From IMG/VR virus record IMGVR_UViG_3300044825_001479, positions 1-36,488 of that record: DNA of 36,488 nt. One strand, written 5' to 3'. This stretch comes from a virus (lineage: Duplodnaviria; Caudoviricetes). The notes under the pieces are model-generated. The model made no database searches. It was not told where the DNA came from and saw only the letters and a program-made list of their open reading frames with translations. Shown here piece after piece: positions 31,214 to 36,488 of the stretch. Position numbers and translations under genes: made by a program. How positions within the stretch are numbered: position 1 is the stretch's first letter; the number at the start of each line of letters is the position of its first letter.

Positions 31214-33744
31214 CACGCCGCTCCGCTCGTCTTGAGTCGCCACACAGTCTGGACAGCGATCTTATCGGGATCGGCGTCAGTGTGGTTGATTTGGTTCCCC
31301 GTCCACGTATTGCCGCCCTGGGCGCTCGCCTGCTGAGCTGCTGCCTGCTGGCTACTGCCTTCTCCGCCTGCAGCGGTCCCGAGCTGGAGTGCAGCGGCCC
31401 GACCCAGCGACAGAGCCCGCTGTAGACTGCGCTCCTGGTCATTGGTGCGGACCGTCTCTCCAACCTGGAGAAGACGAAGAACCTCGCTGCCTTCTCCTCC
31501 GATCGGCGTAACTACGCCGCCGGTGTGCATCTTGGGGAAAGTCCAGCCTCGACCGCCCAGTCCGGGGACCCAATCGGGGATGGTGAAAGATATGCCACCA
31601 ACCGTGTTGTTCCACAGATCCTTGACCCTGTTGAACGCCGTCGTAAACGGCGAGCTGATCGCACCAGCCAGACCGCCGATCGCCCCTGCGATGTTGCCGC
31701 CCAGGTCCCGGAAGAAGCCCACGATGTTACCCACGATGGTGCCGATCGTGGAGGCCACGGCAAACACCGTGGACGAAATCGAGGAGATGGCTGGAAGGAC
31801 CGTGCTGCGGATAAACCCGACAACGGCAGAGAACGCAGGCTGCAGGACGTTCGACCAGACAAGAGCCAGCGTCCTTACGATCGGACCAAACACGTCCCCA
31901 ATGAACTGACCTAGAACCTGGAACGCCGCCTTGACCGGCCCGGAGAGGAAGGCCCAAACGAGCTGTAGCGCCGGATACAGGACGTTGGACCAGATCCAGA
32001 CGAGCGTCTGGATGTGAGTCACGACGTACTTGCCGATGATGCCACCCAGAGTCTGCAGAATCGGCCACAGCGTACCGGAGATCCACGATCCTACCGACTG
32101 GAGCGCAGGCCACAGCGTGTTGGACCAGAGGTCGGCCACCCAACGAACTGCGGCGCCGATCACGTTGAACAGCATGACGCCAGTCTCTTTCAACACCGGC
32201 CACACTGTATCCTTGAGAAACGAAGCCACGGCGTCGACGGCGCCCCTGAACCAGTCCCAGTTTTGGTATGCGTAGATCAAGCCAGCGACCAGGAGCCCGA
32301 TCGCTGCTGCGATCGCCAGGACCGGCCAGGTCGCTGCGATCACACCAGCGGCGGCAGACCAGGCGGCGGTCGCCCATGCGATGAACGCAGGCACGACGAC
32401 CGAGCCAATGGCGATGGCCGCTGCGGTCAGGGCGCCGACTAGGACGGGTTTGTTGTCGACGAACCACTCGAAGGCCGGAATGACCTTCTCCTCGAAGAAC
32501 GACGCCAGCGCCTCGCCGCCCTTGCGTAGGTAATCAAAACCCTTCCGCTTGAGCGTTTCGATCTTGTTGGCCGTGTTCGAGCTGAGCGTCTCGCCCATGC
32601 GATCGGCGGCGCCCTCAACGTCCTTCATCCCTCTGCCCATATTCTTCAACTCGTTGAGGAATGCCGGGATCTCCTGGGCGTTGAGGTCCTCCAGCGGAGT
32701 ACCGAATAGGCCGATCGCTGCGTTGCTGCGCTTCACTGGATCCTGAATCCCGAGCAGGCCGTCGATGAGCTTACCCAGGGCATCACGGCCCTCGGCTCCG
32801 CCCTTGCTGAACTGCGCCGCCATTTGCTCGGCGTTGAGGCCCGCTGCTTTGTAGGCATCGACCGAAGCGGCCGACATGTCGGTCGAGCGGATCGTTAGCT
32901 CCTTGAGCGCATCGCCCGTCTTGTCGATGCCGTACATGCCCTTAGCGCTGGCCTTCACCAGGAGATCCATGGCCTCCGGCCCGGAGATCCCGAGAGTACC
33001 GAAGAACTGCGAGTACTCGTCTACGGCGTCCATCACGTCTTCCCGCAGAGCGACAGGCACCTTCTGAGCGGCCCTGGTCAGGAGGTCCATGGCCTCGGTG
33101 CCGTCCTTGGCCAGCCCGCTATTGATAAGCTGAGCGGCCGTACCGACTGCCCGGTTCACGTCGACCTCGAACACGCTGGCGAAGTTGAGCGCCTTCTTCG
33201 TCATGTCCTCCAGGAACGCCGGATCGTCATCGATCGAGGTGAGATTCGCTGCCAGCACGGCGGCGGTCGCCTTAGACACGTCCTCCATCGACTCGCCAAA
33301 GCCACTGGCGTACACCTTGCCTGCGACCTGGCCAGCGAGCTTGGCGCTCGACTCGTTCAGGCCGATGGACGCTGCCAGGCGATCCTGCTGCGTCTCGGCG
33401 TCCATAACCAACGAGGCCACGAAAGCGCCGCCCGCCGCAAGTCCGATGGCGCCAGCAGCACCGGCAATCGCCGGTCCGATCTTATCCATCAACCCGGACA
33501 GCTTATCGCCCAGGCCGTTGGCGCCCTTTTCGGTTTCGTCCTGAAATCCCTGTCCGCTCTTCTTGCCAACTGCTTCAGCCTTCGCCGTGGCGCCCTTGGC
33601 AGACTGGCCAAACGAGTCCGACATTGCCTGGCCAGTCTGCTTGCCGTCGGCCTCCGCCTGGTTACGCCATTGCTTCTGACCTGCCTTATACGGCGAGTCG
33701 TCTAGCCCGAGCGCCACCTGGAGTTCACCGACCTGCAATCCCAT
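31213..33744 (-). CDS. Tape measure protein
   Basis: 843 aa, Ala/Gly-rich, DEYSQFF..LG, DKTGDALKE, periodic Trp/Phe repeats in the C-half. Confidence 0.95.
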   Translation of the reverse strand: MGLQVGELQVALGLDDSPYKAGQKQWRNQAEADGKQTGQAMSDSFGQSAKGATAKAEAVGKKSGQGFQDETEKGANGLGDKLSGLMDKIGPAIAGAAGAIGLAAGGAFVASLVMDAETQQDRLAASIGLNESSAKLAGQVAGKVYASGFGESMEDVSKATAAVLAANLTSIDDDPAFLEDMTKKALNFASVFEVDVNRAVGTAAQLINSGLAKDGTEAMDLLTRAAQKVPVALREDVMDAVDEYSQFFGTLGISGPEAMDLLVKASAKGMYGIDKTGDALKELTIRSTDMSAASVDAYKAAGLNAEQMAAQFSKGGAEGRDALGKLIDGLLGIQDPVKRSNAAIGLFGTPLEDLNAQEIPAFLNELKNMGRGMKDVEGAADRMGETLSSNTANKIETLKRKGFDYLRKGGEALASFFEEKVIPAFEWFVDNKPVLVGALTAAAIAIGSVVVPAFIAWATAAWSAAAGVIAATWPVLAIAAAIGLLVAGLIYAYQNWDWFRGAVDAVASFLKDTVWPVLKETGVMLFNVIGAAVRWVADLWSNTLWPALQSVGSWISGTLWPILQTLGGIIGKYVVTHIQTLVWIWSNVLYPALQLVWAFLSGPVKAAFQVLGQFIGDVFGPIVRTLALVWSNVLQPAFSAVVGFIRSTVLPAISSISSTVFAVASTIGTIVGNIVGFFRDLGGNIAGAIGGLAGAISSPFTTAFNRVKDLWNNTVGGISFTIPDWVPGLGGRGWTFPKMHTGGVVTPIGGEGSEVLRLLQVGETVRTNDQERSLQRALSLGRAAALQLGTAAGGEGSSQQAAAQQASAQGGNTWTGNQINHTDADPDKIAVQTVWRLKTSGAA

Positions 33745-33746
33745 GA

Positions 33747-34369
33747 TTACTTTCCTCCCAGGCCGTAACCTGATGCTGCGTACGCCTGAGCCTCGGCCTG
33801 AGTGCTGAAACGAACTCGCTTCGCATCCTTGGCTGCGGCCATTGCGTATCTACTCCTTGGGCTAAGCCCGCTCAGTAGGTCCAGGAAGTAGGACCAGCTC
33901 ATCGTCTTTAGGTCACCGGGAAGGACGTAGGAGTACTCCCGTCGGAAGTCGGCTCGGATGAGGCTCCAGCGGGCGAATACGGTGGCGGTGTCGCCAGTCG
34001 CCTCGACTCCGCTTTTCCCTTTGCTGCCGTACCGGCGGCGATTGCTCGGGTCTGGTATTCGTCGATGACCTGTAGGACGATCTGCTCGATGGCCGGTGCG
34101 TTGGCCGGTTCCAGCAGATCGAAACCAGCGTGGTGCATCTTGCGAATCACGTCGTCCGGGATCAGGTCACCAAGGAGGGCGATGGCCTCCTGAGCGGAGA
34201 TCTCGGTCTTGCCCTGCTCGGACCAGCGAGCCACCCGGATGGTGGCCATGGCGTTCATGACGCCCGGGAGTTCGTACTCCCCGATGCCAGGCAAGACCAG
34301 TTCAATCGGTTCCCTGTTCTGGTCCTCCTCCTGTAGTGACGTGTCGATGACTAGCCGTGTGCGGGGCAT
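33747..34369 (-). CDS. Long (-1 frameshift) form of the tail assembly chaperone
   Basis: Slippery G-GGA-AAA at 34013-34019. The -1 frame stays open to TAA at 33747 and encodes WSLIRADFRREY...MSWSYFLDLLSGLSPRS. Confidence 0.85.
33908..34369 (-). CDS. Tail assembly chaperone (short form)
   Basis: Between major tail and tape measure genes; carries the slippery site. Confidence 0.85.
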   Translation of the reverse strand: MPRTRLVIDTSLQEEDQNREPIELVLPGIGEYELPGVMNAMATIRVARWSEQGKTEISAQEAIALLGDLIPDDVIRKMHHAGFDLLEPANAPAIEQIVLQVIDEYQTRAIAAGTAAKGKAESRRLATPPPYSPAGASSEPTSDGSTPTSFPVT

Positions 34370-34411
34370 TGGTGTCCTCCGTTTGTCCTAAGTAGCGATG
34401 GATGGAATGGA

Positions 34412-35128
34412 TCAGGTGACGGTGAACGTCGAGGACGCAGCAGAGAGGTCCGACCAACCGGCCTCGTTCTGCGCCCGGACCCGTGCCGTCAGGCCGGTGT
34501 CCGCTGCCAGCGTCACGTAGATGGGCTTGTTGTTCGAGATGACGGATGCGACGAGCGTGGATCCGTCGTAGATCCGGACCTCGAACAGCGTACCGACCTC
34601 GGCCCCATCGGTCCAGGTGACCGTGGCGAAGTCGTTACCGCCGGTCGCCACCACCGAGGTGGGGACGTCGGGGACGCCAGCAGCCAGCACCGTCTCGGGC
34701 GGACCCGACATCGTGATGGTGACCTCCCAGGCACTGGGATCGTCGTTACCGCCACCTCCTCTGGTGGTGTTGACAGAGCCATCGAACGTGTTGACGGTGC
34801 CGCCGGTCATGGTGTGCCGGAACTGGCCGATACCGTCGACGCCCATCTGGCGAGAGAGCGTCTCGCAGGCAGCCTGTCCGGGGTCACGCTGGCCGGTCGA
34901 GTCGTCCACCTGGACGAGCCCGGAGAGCGTGTGCTCCAGGCCACGACTGGCGGGCAGGTGCGACTGCCAACCGCCGTTGCTGAACTTCGTGGTGTCGGCG
35001 TCGTTCTTCGACGGCGACGGGGACCAGTTGTTCAGGCCACCGATGGGAGTCCACACCGGGACGTCGACGGTCCCCGTGTTGATGTCCCAGGCGCCATCGT
35101 CCCTGGCGAGGGTATCGGTCACGGTCAT
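34412..35128 (-). CDS. Major tail protein with C-terminal fibronectin type III domain
   Basis: ADTT.F..GWQSH, RDPGQ; C-terminal PDVPTSVVAT..ATVTW..RVRAQNEAGWS Fn3 pattern. Confidence 0.88.
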   Translation of the reverse strand: MTVTDTLARDDGAWDINTGTVDVPVWTPIGGLNNWSPSPSKNDADTTKFSNGGWQSHLPASRGLEHTLSGLVQVDDSTGQRDPGQAACETLSRQMGVDGIGQFRHTMTGGTVNTFDGSVNTTRGGGGNDDPSAWEVTITMSGPPETVLAAGVPDVPTSVVATGGNDFATVTWTDGAEVGTLFEVRIYDGSTLVASVISNNKPIYVTLAADTGLTARVRAQNEAGWSDLSAASSTFTVT

Positions 35129-35139
35129 AGCTTGCCCTC

Positions 35140-35583
35140 CTAGGCAGACACACCGGGACGGTGCGCCGTTGGGTTGTGGATTCTGGCTGTGAGGTTCAGC
35201 GAGTACTCGCTGCGCCCCTTGTCGTCCCGGCCCATGGGGACCGGAGCGTCTTGCTGCACTGTGACCCCGATGACGATCAGCTCGTCATCGGTGCCGGTTG
35301 CGAATGTGGTGTGGTCGAGGCAGTCGAGCTGGCCGGAGATGTATTCGGCCAGCTCGTAGGCCTCCCGCTCGGTGGCCCCCCGACAGATCAGTTGGACGGC
35401 TGCGTTGCGACCAGCAAGGTTGTCCAGGCTGGAGGCACCGGGCTGCGGCATCACGGCCACCGAGCGGTTTGGTGTATCCGGCTGCCACCCGACAAAGATC
35501 GTCCCGTTGGTCCCGTTGGGGGACCAAACGAGGCGAGCGTCGCCGAGTGAACCGAGGTAGTGGGCGAAGGCGACCGGGATCAT
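35140..35583 (-). CDS. Tail terminator / minor capsid-type protein
   Basis: IFVGWQPDTP, VQLICRG, MGRDDKGRSEYSLN; precedes the major tail gene. Confidence 0.78.
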   Translation of the reverse strand: MIPVAFAHYLGSLGDARLVWSPNGTNGTIFVGWQPDTPNRSVAVMPQPGASSLDNLAGRNAAVQLICRGATEREAYELAEYISGQLDCLDHTTFATGTDDELIVIGVTVQQDAPVPMGRDDKGRSEYSLNLTARIHNPTAHRPGVSA

Positions 35584-35915
35584 AGGGCCTGGCCTGCCTG
35601 CTTGGCAATGTACTGCAGCACCGACTGGCGCTGCTCGTTGAACGTGCGCTCCAGCCACTTGGCCCGGCGACCGTTGGCGTGGCGGAGCCTGGTGTCCTCG
35701 TGCTGACGGGCTGCGTACGGCGTGTCATAGCTGATCACGACCGTCCGGCTTGCCTTGTCGTAGGTCACCTTACCCGACCGCTGCAGAGTGCCGGTGTCGA
35801 TCGGGATGGTCTTGTTGGCCTCTTCGAGCAGGTTCTCCCCTGAGTCTGCCAGGGCACGCTCTGCACGGTCGAGGACCTTGTCCAGGGCGGACAGATCGAG
35901 AGTCAGGCCAGCCAT
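35580..35915 (-). CDS. Neck protein (HK97 gp10-like)
   Basis: PIDTGTLQRS, YDTPYAARQHE, AKWLE. Confidence 0.82.
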   Translation of the reverse strand: MAGLTLDLSALDKVLDRAERALADSGENLLEEANKTIPIDTGTLQRSGKVTYDKASRTVVISYDTPYAARQHEDTRLRHANGRRAKWLERTFNEQRQSVLQYIAKQAGQAL

Positions 35916-36055
35916 CAGTCGTCCTCGCTCAGCGGCAGGACCCAAGCGACCGCGGCGTCACCGATCGTGTCGAGTTGTGCCTTGATCGTGATGCTGGCCG
36001 CAGCCGCTGCCGCGTTGAGCGTGGCAGCGATCTTGGCGATGCGTGGGTCAGCCAT
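35915..36055 (-). CDS. Putative 46-aa protein (MADPRIAKIAATLN...PLSEDD)
   Basis: GGAGG RBS, TGATG coupling to the neck gene; fills the gap exactly. Confidence 0.55.
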   Translation of the reverse strand: MADPRIAKIAATLNAAAAAASITIKAQLDTIGDAAVAWVLPLSEDD

Positions 36056-36406
36056 CGGAGCCTCCGCCGACGGGATCGTAGGTCTGAGTGAAGATCTCAG
36101 GCTTGCATGGATAGAACTCCCCCTGGACCCCGCGGATGATGATGTCGTCGGGGTGGGCGAGCATGAAGCCTTCGGGGGTGGCGATGACGAGGCAGTTCGG
36201 GTGCATCCCCGCTTCGGGGAGATGAATCGGCCGTCCGTCGGGCAGGAGGTAGGCGCCGTGCGTGTAGCTCCATGCGAGGGCGTTCGTCTCCCAGAGAGGG
36301 CATCCCCAGAGGGCGAGGTCGTCGTGGTTGACGCCGGTCCAGCGGACCGCCTCGATCTCGACTGGCTTCTTGCAGTACCGGCCCAGGTCAGCCATCGGAG
36401 CCTCCG
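36046..36406. repeat. 21-bp direct repeats (GGTCAGCCATCGGAGCCTCCG) at 36046-36066 and 36386-36406
   Basis: Exact match; each copy contains the RBS, start codon and overlapping stop codon on the minus strand. Confidence 0.9.
36048..36395 (-). CDS. Conserved phage protein (KKPVxIEA...GEFYPCKP family)
   Basis: KKPVEIEAVRW, IATPEG, DIIIRGVQGEFYPCKPEIFTQTY. Confidence 0.8.
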   Translation of the reverse strand: MADLGRYCKKPVEIEAVRWTGVNHDDLALWGCPLWETNALAWSYTHGAYLLPDGRPIHLPEAGMHPNCLVIATPEGFMLAHPDDIIIRGVQGEFYPCKPEIFTQTYDPVGGGSDG

Positions 36407-36488
36407 AGAGCGTCGAGGAGGGCGTCGATCGTCTCCTGCTGCGCCTGCACCTGCGCCTGCAACACCTCGACAGGGTCGGGTTCGGGTT
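36388..36488 (-). CDS. Partial (5' end outside window) small coiled-coil protein
   Basis: Manual translation ...PEPDPVEVLQAQVQAQQETIDALLDALGGSDG*. Confidence 0.55.
   Translation of the reverse strand, partial: PEPDPVEVLQAQVQAQQETIDALLDALGGSDG

Noticed and set aside
17-36091. Long plus-strand ORFs (e.g. 2204-3103, 4486-5565, 18441-19868, 29990-31336)
   Set aside because: Antisense shadows of well-supported minus-strand genes, expected from high-GC codon bias; no recognisable motifs.
1-36488. Frequent GATC/CGATCG sites as the methyltransferase target or a HIP-like repeat
   Set aside because: Plausibly explained by ATC/GAT/TCG codon usage at high GC; enrichment cannot be tested without computation.
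1-36488. tRNA genes, integrase or attP
   Set aside because: None recognised by eye; they could lie in the part of the genome outside the window.

Overview
A high-GC, actinophage-like siphovirus. Every credible gene is on the minus strand, and the window looks like most of a circularly permuted genome: it opens in the head-completion region and closes just upstream of the neck/tail genes. In transcription order (right to left) it holds tail genes (major tail, chaperone with a -1 frameshift, tape measure, minor tails), lysis genes, an early region with an XRE-type HTH protein and repeated promoter/operator motifs, and recombination/replication genes (SNF2 helicase, PD-(D/E)XK nuclease, Sak4-like ATPase, SSB, Prim-Pol/helicase, family A polymerase, RuvC-like resolvase). 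A nucleotide-modification cluster and the packaging/head genes follow. The main feature is a 2-aminoadenine (Z-genome) type pathway with unusual parts. It has a PurZ of the apparent PurZ0 type, a small MazG-like protein, and a nucleotide N-glycosidase/dUTPase-fold fusion in place of a recognisable DatZ. It also has a phage-encoded miniature adenylosuccinate lyase (PurB) that keeps the substrate-binding motifs but lacks both catalytic loops. An adenine methyltransferase sits beside the polymerase between 97-bp perfect direct repeats. The MuF minor capsid protein carries an ADP-ribosyltransferase domain. All calls come from reading motifs by eye; no database search was run.
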